Virus record (IMG/VR): IMGVR_UViG_3300016476_001057
Span: 1 to 33,546 of that record
Strand: one strand, 5' to 3'
DNA from: a virus
Taxonomy: Duplodnaviria; Caudoviricetes
DNA: 33,546 bases
The first letter of the stretch is position 1; every line of letters begins with the position of its first letter. Made by a program: the position numbers and the translations under genes. The notes under the pieces are model-generated. The model was not told the DNA's origin. It was given only the letters and a program-made list of their open reading frames with translations, and made no database searches. This document shows, piece by piece, positions 24,273 to 33,546 of this stretch.

Positions 24273-24610
24273 GGCAGCACCTCGCCCGTGGCCGGGTTGA
24301 CCTGCATGTTGCCGCCAGCGACGTAGCGCCGGATGACGCCGCCCGCCCATTCGATCTCGAAGTCGAAGTGCCCGTTGCCCGTGTCGAAGAGCGCGGTGGT
24401 CGCGGCCGGGATCGTCACGATCTTCTGCGCCGAGGTCGCGCCGGCGGTGATCATGCCGTTCGCGGTGCTGGCCGTGAGGAACGGGGCTTGGTCAGGGAAC
24501 GCGAAGATCATCCGCCAGGCCGTGGCGCTGGCGATGTCCGCCACGCCCGTCATGGTGATGGTGGTCTGGTAGGTCGCGCCCTTGTTGAAGATGACGGTCC
24601 AGCGGTCCAT
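24269..24610 (-). CDS. Small tail/baseplate adaptor-like protein
   Basis: 113-aa beta-rich ORF directly before the fibre gene. Confidence 0.55.
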   Translation of the reverse strand: MDRWTVIFNKGATYQTTITMTGVADIASATAWRMIFAFPDQAPFLTASTANGMITAGATSAQKIVTIPAATTALFDTGNGHFDFEIEWAGGVIRRYVAGGNMQVNPATGEVLP

Positions 24611-24661
24611 GTTCGTGCCTCAAGGTAACGAACGCCCCGCAGGGCGCAAAGGGTTACGGGT

Positions 24662-26518
24662 TCATACCTCTTCGACCAGCGTGGCCCCGCCACCGACCGT
24701 ACAGACAACCTTGACCGCGTTCGGCATGGAGAACCAGTACTGCGGCGCATAGGGCGGGTCGGTCTCGCAGCCCGTGTAGGCCGTCGGGAACTGCTCGATC
24801 ATGTGCACGATGGTCCCGGTCGAGATGGGCAGGGCCGTGATCGTGGCGTTGGTGTAGTCGGACTGCCGAACCCCTGGCGCGATGACGTTGCCCGTGTTGC
24901 CCGCGCCGAGGTAGGTGTTCCCGTTCTCGGCAAGGTTCCGGGCGCTCGAGCCTGATCGCGCCCACGACCCAATCGAGACCGACAGCGGGCAGGAGCCGCA
25001 GGGGTTCGGTTCGAACTCCTGCCACGTGTACCCCCACTGCCACGGGTTGCCGTCGCAGGACAGGGCCGCGCTGGCCGTGATGACCGCCGGGAAGACCCGG
25101 GTGTTCGGCGGGGCCACGTCCAGCTGCATCGCCCCGGACCCCAGCCGGCGGGCGTGCGCGAGGCCCTTGCTGAAAGTCAGCTGCGTCGGGTCGTTCGTCG
25201 GCAGGCCGCTCGGCCCCAAGATCCAATCGTCCTGCTCGGCCACCGTCAGGGCGAACGGCACGAGCTCGCCGTCCCGGACGCCGACCGAGTACCGCAGCAT
25301 GGTGGTCCGGTAGCAGCCGTTCGGAAGGCGCGGCCATCCCGCCCACGCGGTCTGCCCGACGATGACCGAGCACCGCTTGACGGTCAGGGCCATGACCTGC
25401 GTCACGTACGTGCTGTAGTCCCAGCTCGGCATCGACGTGCCGTTGATGTTCGTGCCGGGGCTGGCGGCGTTCAGCGTGGTGGTCAGGGAGGCCACCAGCG
25501 ACCGAGGCTCCTTCAGCACACGGGCGCCGATGTTGGTCCGGGTGCGGGCGGTCGCCAGCGTGTTCTGCCAGCCGAACTCCCGGTCGGTGTCGAACTCGAG
25601 GTCGCCGGACACGAAGGTCTTCGTGTTGTCGTACTTGGTCTTGCCCTCGATGGTCCGGTACGGGAACGACACCGTGACTTGCTGGGGCATCCGGTTCTTC
25701 TGATAGTTCGCGTCCGACTGCCAGAGGGTCATCAGCGGGTCGGTCCCGCCGGGCGTGGCGCTCGTCGCCTCGACGCCGCCACCGAAAGCCCGCTTATTGC
25801 TGTCCATCCAGGTGGACAGGTCGGTGCTGTCATCCTTCACCTCGACCAAGGTGTAGACGCCGTTCTGCACGTCGTACTGGAAGACCCAGCCCGTGGCCGA
25901 CAGCACGAGGTCCAGCGCCATCGCCAGCGAGCACTCGGGCGTGAAGACGTGGTCGGCGAATCGGCTGGTCAGCGCGACGTTCGGGTTGTACCCCGCCGGC
26001 ACGGTGAACGTGCCCGCGATGCCGATCAGCAGGGTGCGGATGCTGTTGACGAACGTGAGCGGCGTGGTGGTCGGCGTGACGCCGCCCGTGTTCCAGCGTC
26101 CGTCCGAGGAGAAGAGCGGGGCCGCCAGCGCGTTGTCGTTCAGGCTGTTGATCTGCGTCTGACGCCACCACCAGCGGACGTCCACCGCCTCGACCATCGC
26201 CGCGCCCGCGCCGCCAGCCACCATCCACACGGGCTTCGGGGGCAGCAGCCAGACGGCCATGCTGCACGGCGTGGCGTTCGTGGTCTCCTTCCACCAGAAG
26301 GTCGCCGTGGCGTTCGTGCCGCCGTAGAGGGTCGCCAGCTTGCCCTGATCGACCAGCACCTTCACGCGGGCTTCCCGGCTGGCCCCGGAGGGAATCTCGA
26401 TGCTGAACAGGTCGGTCTCCGACAAACCAACCATGCCCGCGATCTCGAGGATCTCGCGCTCCGGGACCAGCGCAGGAATGACGGTCCCGTCGGAGGTGGT
26501 GAACCATGCCGAGATCAT
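24662..26518 (-). CDS. Tail tip/hub protein (putative)
   Basis: 618 aa, ATGA coupling, second gene after the tape measure. Confidence 0.6.
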   Translation of the reverse strand: MISAWFTTSDGTVIPALVPEREILEIAGMVGLSETDLFSIEIPSGASREARVKVLVDQGKLATLYGGTNATATFWWKETTNATPCSMAVWLLPPKPVWMVAGGAGAAMVEAVDVRWWWRQTQINSLNDNALAAPLFSSDGRWNTGGVTPTTTPLTFVNSIRTLLIGIAGTFTVPAGYNPNVALTSRFADHVFTPECSLAMALDLVLSATGWVFQYDVQNGVYTLVEVKDDSTDLSTWMDSNKRAFGGGVEATSATPGGTDPLMTLWQSDANYQKNRMPQQVTVSFPYRTIEGKTKYDNTKTFVSGDLEFDTDREFGWQNTLATARTRTNIGARVLKEPRSLVASLTTTLNAASPGTNINGTSMPSWDYSTYVTQVMALTVKRCSVIVGQTAWAGWPRLPNGCYRTTMLRYSVGVRDGELVPFALTVAEQDDWILGPSGLPTNDPTQLTFSKGLAHARRLGSGAMQLDVAPPNTRVFPAVITASAALSCDGNPWQWGYTWQEFEPNPCGSCPLSVSIGSWARSGSSARNLAENGNTYLGAGNTGNVIAPGVRQSDYTNATITALPISTGTIVHMIEQFPTAYTGCETDPPYAPQYWFSMPNAVKVVCTVGGGATLVEEV

Positions 26519-28368
26519 GTGACGAAGGTCTCGGTCGGCACGCTGTAGCGGGCGGGGTTCGTGGTGGCGAGCGCGAACACGCTCGAGGTCGTGGACTGCG
26601 AAGCAGGCGTTCCGACCGGGGCGAGCGTCGGCAGGATGATCGAGTTCGGCGCACCCCATGCGCGGAGTTGCGCTCCGCTCGGCGCGGTCTGCGTCTCGAA
26701 GCCCGCGCCGGACGTGCCCGGGTCGTACATGGCGAAGGTGCGCTCGTAGATGCCCGTGAACATCCGGTTGCCCTGCGCGTCGAACTTGCCGTACGAGACG
26801 TGCCAGTTGTCATCGGTCAGGTAGGCGTTCGTCGGCAGCGGGCGGATGACCTTCGGCGGCGCCTGGTTGGACCGGGCGGTCTCCACGCGCTCGGTGACGT
26901 AGACGCAAGGCTTGCGCGTCTGCATGGTCACGTCCGGCGCATCCACATACATGGGCGACAGGCGCACGATCCCGCTGTCGTAGTTCGCCTTGCTGGTCGA
27001 GTTGTTGTGCCCGACGATGGTCGTGTATCCGTCGCCGTCGTTTGACGGCTGGTACTGCTCCGACGCAAAGCGACCATCAAACAGGCTGTTCATCGCCGTC
27101 ACGCCATCGGCGCCAGCGATCACCGTCACGCTAACCGAGCCGTAGGTGTTCGCGCCCGTGATGTTGAACACGGTCGCCTGCGGCATTCCCTGCTCGGTCT
27201 CCTCCATGCCGCTGACCGCGTTCTCCAGCCAGTGCGGGATCATGCCGTAGGTCGTGTCCACACCGTCCGACGGCGCCAGCGGACCGTAGGCATCCAGCGT
27301 CCGGCTCACCGTGCGCGTCACAGTGAACTTGTTGCCGATCATGTACGCCAGCGGGACCGGGGTGTTGGACGCCGCGTTGGACGCGGTCGGCAGCACCATC
27401 GCGGTCATCTCGAAGCGGATCGCGTAGCCCGTCATGATGTTGCGCTCGGTCACCCGCAGACGCTGGATGATCATGCGCTGGTAGGACAGGTTGATCCTAG
27501 CCTTCGACAGGTTGACGGCCGCCTCGACCAGCCGGCGGTTGCCCGTCGTGCCCGTGATGCTGGACAGCGAGAGGTCGCCCTCAAGGTCGCAGGAGAACTG
27601 CACGACCGCGTAGCCCTGCGTCTCCGCGGCACGCTCGTACGTGAACTCCATGTCGCCGACGCGCACGCCGTCCGGAAGGTCCAGCGCGTATCGCTTGTCC
27701 ACGACGGTGTACGACAACATCGTCCCCGTCGCGTCCAGGGCGAACTCCTGCGTCTCGCGCCGCCAGCCCTCGCCCAGCACGGGGGGAATGATCGCCCGGC
27801 GGAAGAGGTCCGCGTAGGCCGCCTTGCCCTTCCATGTCGCCTGCGAGGCTAGCGAGGTTGCCGACCCGGTCGTGCCGCGGGCCACCCGCAGGGCACCGTT
27901 GATCGTGTAGGTCATGTGCCCGGCCGCGTCGAGCGAGATGCGCGACTGCCACGTGTGCGCCGTGACGGTCTGATCGTCGACGTACGACCGTCGCTGGGTG
28001 ACCTCCCACCGAACCAGCACGACCTGTTCTCCAATGATTTCCGTCGCCTCGATCTTGACGTACGGGCCGCCCATATCATCGTATCCGCTCAAGTAAACAA
28101 ATACGCTTGCAAGAGTGGATGCGTTCTCCAGGTCAACCTGCAAAGCACGATTGCCCGCTCGTGCGAGCGCCGTCTCCGCGTCGTTCCAGCTCGCCCCGGC
28201 ATCGATCAGGCCCGTTCCCCGGGCCACGAGCTCCTGCCCGTACGGGGTCTGCTGGTCATCCGCGAGCAGCGGGGTGCTGTTCCAGGCGTCCACGTTCACG
28301 TTGCGGATGACGATCAGGGTGTTCGGCCTGACCGTGATCCGCAGGTCCATCGTGCTGTAGGTCGGCAT
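26515..28368 (-). CDS. Tail protein (putative distal tail)
   Basis: 617 aa directly after the tape measure. Confidence 0.6.
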   Translation of the reverse strand: MPTYSTMDLRITVRPNTLIVIRNVNVDAWNSTPLLADDQQTPYGQELVARGTGLIDAGASWNDAETALARAGNRALQVDLENASTLASVFVYLSGYDDMGGPYVKIEATEIIGEQVVLVRWEVTQRRSYVDDQTVTAHTWQSRISLDAAGHMTYTINGALRVARGTTGSATSLASQATWKGKAAYADLFRRAIIPPVLGEGWRRETQEFALDATGTMLSYTVVDKRYALDLPDGVRVGDMEFTYERAAETQGYAVVQFSCDLEGDLSLSSITGTTGNRRLVEAAVNLSKARINLSYQRMIIQRLRVTERNIMTGYAIRFEMTAMVLPTASNAASNTPVPLAYMIGNKFTVTRTVSRTLDAYGPLAPSDGVDTTYGMIPHWLENAVSGMEETEQGMPQATVFNITGANTYGSVSVTVIAGADGVTAMNSLFDGRFASEQYQPSNDGDGYTTIVGHNNSTSKANYDSGIVRLSPMYVDAPDVTMQTRKPCVYVTERVETARSNQAPPKVIRPLPTNAYLTDDNWHVSYGKFDAQGNRMFTGIYERTFAMYDPGTSGAGFETQTAPSGAQLRAWGAPNSIILPTLAPVGTPASQSTTSSVFALATTNPARYSVPTETFVT

Positions 28369-29387
28369 CAGTAGGGCCTCCCGGTCATGGCCTGCACGTC
28401 AGATCGGAACCAGTCATTGACCGATCCCGCCAGATCGCGGCCGGCGGTGTTCTGCTTGATCTTCGAGACGTCGCCGCTCATGCCCGTCAGAAGGCTCTGA
28501 AGCCAGTCGAACAAGCCGCCGAAGATGCCGAGGCCCGGGACCATGCCCGTGGCGAACCGGGCTAGGCCCAGCAGGTTCTTCAGGCCGCCGAAGATGTTGG
28601 CGTTCAGCGCCGCGAACACGTAGATGTACTTGTCGAAAATCGCCTGCCCAAGCCGCTGCGGCCACGTGGCAAGGAACGTCAGCCCCTTGATCACGTACGC
28701 CAGCCCGATCTTCAGCAGGCTGAAGCTTGCGCCCAAACCCGTCATGATTTGCCGCACGCCGATCATGGCGTCCGCCCATTCGTCCGCGGCAGCAGTGTCG
28801 AGCTTCTGCGCTGCCGCGTACAGCTTGCCGTTCTCGTGCACCTCGCGGAGGTCCCGGTTCAGCTGCGCGATTTGCTCCCGGGCCGCCCCGAGGGCCAGCT
28901 CCGCGCTGTACTTCGTGAGCTCGACGATGCGCTCCTGGATCGCTTCGTTTGCCTTCTTCATCACGGATACAAACGACATGATCCCGCCGACCGCGCCGAG
29001 AAGGCCCGTGGCGAACAGAGCCAGCCGGGGGGAACTGGCGGCCAGCCGGCCCAGCATCGTCCCGGTCGCCGTCGCGTTGCTGGTCAGGGAACGGAAGCCG
29101 GCGATGGTCGGCCTCGAGAAGAAGTCCCGGATCTCGCCGATGGACTCGCCGTACTGGCCGACGCGGGCCGCCTGGATGCGGGCCGTGGTGAGCTGCCACT
29201 GCCGGATGTTCTGCCGCAGCTCCGTGATGCGCTGGGCAAGCGCCTGCTGCGCCGCCGTCAGCGGGGCGAACGAGGACGCCGGGAGGGTCATCGCCGACGG
29301 GCCGCTGCCGGGCGTGCCGCCCGTGCCGCGCCCGCCCGAGCCGCCTCTGTCGTTGATGTTGATGTCGATGTGCCCAAGGTCTTCCAT
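28368..29387 (-). CDS. Short tape measure protein (339 aa)
   Basis: MEDLGHIDININ start; Ala/Gly-rich helical sequence with hydrophobic segments. Confidence 0.7.
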   Translation of the reverse strand: MEDLGHIDININDRGGSGGRGTGGTPGSGPSAMTLPASSFAPLTAAQQALAQRITELRQNIRQWQLTTARIQAARVGQYGESIGEIRDFFSRPTIAGFRSLTSNATATGTMLGRLAASSPRLALFATGLLGAVGGIMSFVSVMKKANEAIQERIVELTKYSAELALGAAREQIAQLNRDLREVHENGKLYAAAQKLDTAAADEWADAMIGVRQIMTGLGASFSLLKIGLAYVIKGLTFLATWPQRLGQAIFDKYIYVFAALNANIFGGLKNLLGLARFATGMVPGLGIFGGLFDWLQSLLTGMSGDVSKIKQNTAGRDLAGSVNDWFRSDVQAMTGRPY

Positions 29388-29842
29388 CACTTCACCGTCC
29401 AGTCCATCTCGTAGCAGTAGTCGTACGTGTCGCGCAGGGTCAGCCAGCCGTCCATGCCGTCCACGGGCGAGACCGTGCCGCCGTTGCGGAAGACGAGCGG
29501 GACCAGCATTCCGTCGTAGTACCGCTGCACGAGGTACTCGCGCAACATGTCCGTGAACTGCTGCACGCCCATGTCCCCGGCGATCCGCTCCGTGCCGCGC
29601 TGCATCGGGTCCAGCATCCCGCGCCACCAGACCACCGTGTCCACCGCGCTGCGGATCATGCCGACGCCGCTGTTGGGGTGCACCGCCGTGTCCGGCCCGG
29701 CGATGATCTGGATGGCGTACTGGCCGACGATCTCGTCGATGGGGGCCTCGGTCACGTAGACGCAGTCGCCGTAGCCACGCGCCTGCATCCAGGCGGCGAG
29801 GTCATCGCGCATCGCGTAGAGGATGGCCGCCGTGCTAGCCAT
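29387..29842 (-). CDS. Putative tail terminator/completion protein
   Basis: 151 aa, N-terminal helix then an alpha/beta pattern typical of tail terminators; unusual position. Confidence 0.45.
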   Translation of the reverse strand: MASTAAILYAMRDDLAAWMQARGYGDCVYVTEAPIDEIVGQYAIQIIAGPDTAVHPNSGVGMIRSAVDTVVWWRGMLDPMQRGTERIAGDMGVQQFTDMLREYLVQRYYDGMLVPLVFRNGGTVSPVDGMDGWLTLRDTYDYCYEMDWTVK

Positions 29843-30352
29843 TCTGCATCCCCTTCTGCATCATGGCCTGCACCTCGATCTTCTGCGCCAGCCGGGCGTT
29901 GCCCGTGACGTCGTAGGCCGCCTGCGCCTGCGCCCGCCCGTCGCCGAAGGCGATGGCGATGCCTTGCGCGAAGGTCATGGCCCTCGCGCTCTCGACCGCG
30001 GTGATGTTCGCCATGAGGCCCATAGCAGTCTCGGCATCAAACTCGGTTGGCAGGCGACCGTAGGCTGCGAGGAACCTCGCGGTCGCCCTTACACGTTTCC
30101 CGCGGCTTGCACCCGCGTGGACATCCGCGCCCATGCGGCGAGGATCACATGGTCGGGAGCCTGCTTGGCGACGTCGGGGGTGCGTGCCGCCTCGCGGACG
30201 CCCTCCACGATCTGCGCCGGCGTCGGCTCCGTCCCGGTCGGGATCTTCGCCTGGAGGAGCGCGAGCACCTCCATGTACTGGACAACGAGCTGACCGCTCG
30301 GGAGCGTCAGCGCGAACAGCATGGGATCGTCTTCGTCGGAGAGGTTGATCAT
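29835..30352 (-). CDS. Tail assembly chaperone, frameshifted long form (gpGT-like)
   Basis: A -1 shift at G GGA AAC (30101-30095) enters the frame reading RVRATARFLAAYG, which has no good start of its own. Confidence 0.75.
30089..30352 (-). CDS. Tail assembly chaperone (gpG-like)
   Basis: Follows the tail tube gene; ends GCG GGA AAC GTG TAA. Confidence 0.75.
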   Translation of the reverse strand: MINLSDEDDPMLFALTLPSGQLVVQYMEVLALLQAKIPTGTEPTPAQIVEGVREAARTPDVAKQAPDHVILAAWARMSTRVQAAGNV

Positions 30353-30353
30353 G

Positions 30354-30821
30354 TCAGGGAGTGTAGGTGTAGAAGCCCGTGCTGCCTGGGATCGCCATGA
30401 AGTTGACGGTCAGCACGCGCTCGCGGTTGCCCCACTGGCTGTCGCCCGTTCCCTCCGGCTGGAGGAAGGCGTAGTTGAACGTGTAGTTCTGCGTGCCGGA
30501 GACGCTGTCGATCTGGAGCTGGACCGAGGCGCTGTCCGAGATGATCCGGCGACCGACCGGGCTGGCGTTGTAGGAGCCGCGCTGGGTCGAGAGCAGGGTG
30601 TTGTAGACGTCCGGGTCCCACTTCACGAGGGCGATGGAGATGCGGGCGACCGTGCCCTGGAGCACAACCTCCTCCGGAGCCTGACCGCTCAAGACGGTCT
30701 TGACCTCGTGCTGGAAATCGGTGAACTGGATGGCGGGCAGGTTGTCGTTGTCGGAGTAGCCGAGGACGCTGCTATTGATCAGAACCTGCGTGGGTCCGGG
30801 GACGTAAATCGCGCTTGCCAT
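30354..30821 (-). CDS. Major tail tube protein
   Basis: 155 aa, beta-rich (LGYS...), located between the neck and chaperone genes. Confidence 0.7.
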   Translation of the reverse strand: MASAIYVPGPTQVLINSSVLGYSDNDNLPAIQFTDFQHEVKTVLSGQAPEEVVLQGTVARISIALVKWDPDVYNTLLSTQRGSYNASPVGRRIISDSASVQLQIDSVSGTQNYTFNYAFLQPEGTGDSQWGNRERVLTVNFMAIPGSTGFYTYTP

Positions 30822-30822
30822 G

Positions 30823-31497
30823 TCACTTGCCTTTCAGGATGGACTCGAGGCCCAGCTTGATGCTGACGCCGATGTCGTGCTTGTCGTTGCGGGTGGGAAG
30901 GAGGAATGGGCGACCGGGCACGGTCACGCCCTTCTTGGCTCGGGTGTAGTCCTGCCCGGACACCATGCCAGCGGCCGCTGCACGCTTGCTGCTGTCGTAG
31001 CGGGACCCGCGCTTGGTCAGGGGAATGTAGTTTGGGCCAGCCGTGCGGAAGCCCATGTCCTGAAACAGGCCGTACTTCAGGCCGCGCAGGACGATGCGGA
31101 GGCCGGAGGCACGACGGTCGCTCCGAGCGTTCACACTGCTCGCAAGCCTGCCCGTGTCGCGCAGAGGCTGGCCGCCGTTGCGGTAGCCCGGGACCTCAAT
31201 CATGTACTCCGTGCGCCGGCGCGTCTTGCCCTTCTTGTCGATGTAGCTGACCGTGCGGCTGCGGGTAAACCCAGCCTTCGGCCTGCTCTTCATCCACTTG
31301 CGGCCGAAAAGAGGCTTGAGCGGCTGGTACGGCATTCCATCGGGACCGCTGCTCATCGCCCCAACGGCGCCACGCCGGGGCTGTCCGCGACCGTCCGCAA
31401 TGTGCGCTTCCATCCACGCGACCGCCAGTTGCGCGATCCCTTGGCGGATGCGCGTGCTGCGGAGAGCGGAGGCGACTCGGCGGGACCAGTTGCTCAC
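30823..31497 (-). CDS. Virion morphogenesis protein (Mu gpG-like)
   Basis: PLRDTGRLASS...YGLFQDMG...VPGRPFL; GTG start. Confidence 0.8.
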   Translation of the reverse strand: MSNWSRRVASALRSTRIRQGIAQLAVAWMEAHIADGRGQPRRGAVGAMSSGPDGMPYQPLKPLFGRKWMKSRPKAGFTRSRTVSYIDKKGKTRRRTEYMIEVPGYRNGGQPLRDTGRLASSVNARSDRRASGLRIVLRGLKYGLFQDMGFRTAGPNYIPLTKRGSRYDSSKRAAAAGMVSGQDYTRAKKGVTVPGRPFLLPTRNDKHDIGVSIKLGLESILKGK

Positions 31498-31985
31498 GGG
31501 TAGGTCGTGCCGCGCCGGGGCGGGAAGAAGGTGGAGTTGCTGGCCTGCGCGTACCACGCCAGGTTCGACAGCGGCACGGCCACCACGCTCGGCAGGCCCG
31601 CCTGCGCGTTGGCGTCCACGCTGCCGAAGAGCATCTTGCCGTCGCGCAGGCCCTCGCAGAAGGAGTACGCCTGCTTGAGGCGCTGCTCGATGGCGGGGCT
31701 GATCTTCGCGCCACGGCGCTGGAACAGGAATTCGGTGGCGAGGTCCACCGTCAGCATGACGAGCAGGGGGTCCTTTGCCGCAGCAAGGACCGCTAGCTCC
31801 GCCTCGGTGTAGATCTCGCCGACCCGGACGTACGAACGCACGACCGACGAGGCCCGCTCGAGAGCGGACGTCGCCAGCGGGTTCGGCCCGGGCATGGGTG
31901 CTCCGGCGTCGCCGCACAGCTGGGCGAGGATCACGGAGTCAAGTGCGGCTTCGAGGTCCGCATAGTCGGCGTATGCGATTGCCAC
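31494..31985 (-). CDS. Head-tail adaptor (DUF1320 / Mu gp36-like)
   Basis: AYADYADL...ALERAS...Y...DLA...L..RR...LRDGK; RBS GGAGG with GTG start. Confidence 0.8.
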   Translation of the reverse strand: MAIAYADYADLEAALDSVILAQLCGDAGAPMPGPNPLATSALERASSVVRSYVRVGEIYTEAELAVLAAAKDPLLVMLTVDLATEFLFQRRGAKISPAIEQRLKQAYSFCEGLRDGKMLFGSVDANAQAGLPSVVAVPLSNLAWYAQASNSTFFPPRRGTTYP

Positions 31986-32008
31986 GGGAAGCCTCCGCGC
32001 CGTGCGCC

Positions 32009-32032
32009 GGGGGCGGCCCGAAGGCCGCCCCC
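32009..32032 (-). terminator. 10-bp GC hairpin with a C(UUCG)G loop after the capsid gene
   Basis: GGGGGCGGCC-TTCG-GGCCGCCCCC; no U-tract. Confidence 0.55.
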
Positions 32033-32062
32033 AGCGACAGGCGATGGGTGGGGGGGGGAAAC

Positions 32063-33118
32063 TTACGAGGCGGCGAGGACGTTGCCGATGGCGAAGCCAC
32101 CGACGGGCGCGACCACGGCCGGCACGGAGTTGTCGATCACGCGACCCTCCATGCGGCGGTTGTACGGGTCGTTCCAGTTCTCGACCGTCATGTCCTCGTA
32201 GGCGAAGATCTGGAGGGTGGCGAACGAGGTCGCACCCTCGACGCCAACCAGACCGCCCGGACGGCTCACGAAGTAGGCGCCGTTGCCGAGCACCCACGAC
32301 GTGGCCAGCGTGCCGCCCTTCTTGGAGGTCACGACCACCGAGTCATCGACCACGACGTCGCCGAGGCCGAACAGGGTGGGCGGGACGCCCCAGCGGGCGA
32401 ACGTGTCCGAACCCTGGAGGAACGACAGCGCGGCGCCATAGTTCTTCACGTAGCTCTGGACTTCCTCGGTGCCGGCGATGGCGACGGCGACCGCGGGGCT
32501 GATCACCATGATCAGCTGGTTCGGGCTGACGGCGCCGCCCGAGGTCTGCGACACGCGCTGGAGCACGGCGCGGATCGTCTTCTGGATGTAGTTGTTGCTC
32601 GTGGTGGACGTGGTCCACTGAGCGCCAGCGCCGATGGACAGCGGGCTGCTGTTGCAGAAGGCGGCATAGTTACCGCTCTCCGTCCAGCTGTTGCTATCCG
32701 CGAGGGTGGTCGCCGCGGCCTGCGTGCGCCGGGTCATCGCCAGCTGCATCTTGCTGCGGGCGTGCTGCGCCACCACGTCCCACGCCGCCTGGTTCGACGT
32801 CTCCTGCGGGATGTAGAACGGGAAGGTGAAGCGCTGCGTCGTGTAGGGCAGGAACTCGAACGAGTTCTGCTTGCCCGTCGGGCGGTCATTGCCCAGCGGC
32901 CAGACGAACTCGTTGGCGTCCGTGATGCGGACGTTGTCGGTCACGTCCTGACGCAGGTAGTAGCCCGACATCTTGGTGGTCGGGACCAGCTGCGCGTAGC
33001 GGGTGAGGGCGAACGAATTGACCGTCCGGGTGAACTCCACCTGGAGCGCACCCGTCGCGAGATCGTTGGTGGTCGGGACGTAGGTCGAAAGACCACCGCC
33101 AACAGGGTAGAAAGCCAT
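32063..33118 (-). CDS. Major capsid protein
   Basis: 351 aa, RBS GAAAGGA, strongly biased codons, located between cement and adaptor genes. Confidence 0.8.
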   Translation of the reverse strand: MAFYPVGGGLSTYVPTTNDLATGALQVEFTRTVNSFALTRYAQLVPTTKMSGYYLRQDVTDNVRITDANEFVWPLGNDRPTGKQNSFEFLPYTTQRFTFPFYIPQETSNQAAWDVVAQHARSKMQLAMTRRTQAAATTLADSNSWTESGNYAAFCNSSPLSIGAGAQWTTSTTSNNYIQKTIRAVLQRVSQTSGGAVSPNQLIMVISPAVAVAIAGTEEVQSYVKNYGAALSFLQGSDTFARWGVPPTLFGLGDVVVDDSVVVTSKKGGTLATSWVLGNGAYFVSRPGGLVGVEGATSFATLQIFAYEDMTVENWNDPYNRRMEGRVIDNSVPAVVAPVGGFAIGNVLAAS

Positions 33119-33145
33119 GTTTGTGATTCCTTTCTGGGATCAGGT

Positions 33146-33538
33146 TCAGAGGGTGCGCGGGCCGATGCGGAAGGCGCGGAAGATCTCTCCCGCGTTCGCC
33201 GCCTCGAGGGCGATGTAATACGCGACCTGCCCAGCGGTCGTGGTCTTGAGGGCCTTGCCATCGGCATCCGACGTCAGGTAGCAGCCAACCGTGACGCCGC
33301 CAGTGGCGGCTTCCACCTGCACGGTGTTGGTGGGCTGAAGGCTGATCTGCGTGCCAGCGATGGCGTTCAGGCTGGCGTCGAACTTGTAGACCGAGCCGTC
33401 CGTCACGCCGACGATGTTGTCGGACGCGGCGTTCGCCTGCGTGCCCGTGAAGGCCGCGCTGGTCGAGAGCTCAACGAAGCGGAACGGCGAGATGTTGCCG
33501 CCCGCGATGAGGTTGGGAATGAAACCGAAGTCTGCCAT
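33146..33538 (-). CDS. Capsid cement/decoration protein (DUF2190-like)
   Basis: AGGNISPFRFV...G.YLTSDADGKA...ALEAA.AGEI. Confidence 0.75.
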   Translation of the reverse strand: MADFGFIPNLIAGGNISPFRFVELSTSAAFTGTQANAASDNIVGVTDGSVYKFDASLNAIAGTQISLQPTNTVQVEAATGGVTVGCYLTSDADGKALKTTTAGQVAYYIALEAANAGEIFRAFRIGPRTL

Positions 33539-33546
33539 GTGAGTGT

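Larger units (their letters stand above)
1..33546. mobile_element. Complete circular(ly permuted) tailed phage genome, siphovirus-like, with Mu-like head/neck genes
   Basis: Packaging, head, tail and replication modules are all present and no host genes are seen. The minus strand reads across the junction as TAA-tcaaGAAAGG|acactcac-ATG(33538). Confidence 0.9.

Noticed and set aside
24611-24661. Possible internal minus-strand promoter (TTGCGC-N16-TACCTT with a CCTGC half-site)
   Set aside because: Weak match and no full palindrome, so not supported enough to call.
21051-26548. Long + strand ORFs (493 aa, 464 aa and others)
   Set aside because: Shadows of late genes with no RBS or motifs.

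Overview
The window reads as a complete, circularly closed ~33.5 kb GC-rich tailed-phage genome. On the minus strand, the protease/scaffold stop at 11-13 and an RBS at 1-8 run across the window junction into the ATG at 33538. There are two divergent arms around a ~520-bp control region (10379-10902). The rightward early arm (10903-18793) encodes a lambda O-like initiator with four internal iterons, a CsrA-like protein, a MarR-type HTH protein, an array of small paralogous genes, RusA, an ERF recombinase and Gp157. The leftward arm encodes an HTH regulator, a ParB-MTase, terminases, Mu-like portal, gpF, protease/scaffold, cement, capsid and neck genes, a tail tube, a -1 frameshifted tail chaperone, a short tape measure, tail tip and fibre proteins, an atypical lysis-like block and a Cys-rich protein. 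I recognised no integrase, transposase, sheath or endolysin. The standout feature is a 275-aa intein in the gpF head gene. It has no in-frame endonuclease, but the opposite strand carries a nested HTH + DUF559/Vsr-like endonuclease gene with its own candidate promoter and RBS. A Planctomycetota-like host is only a tentative inference. All family calls come from motif recognition by eye; no searches were run.
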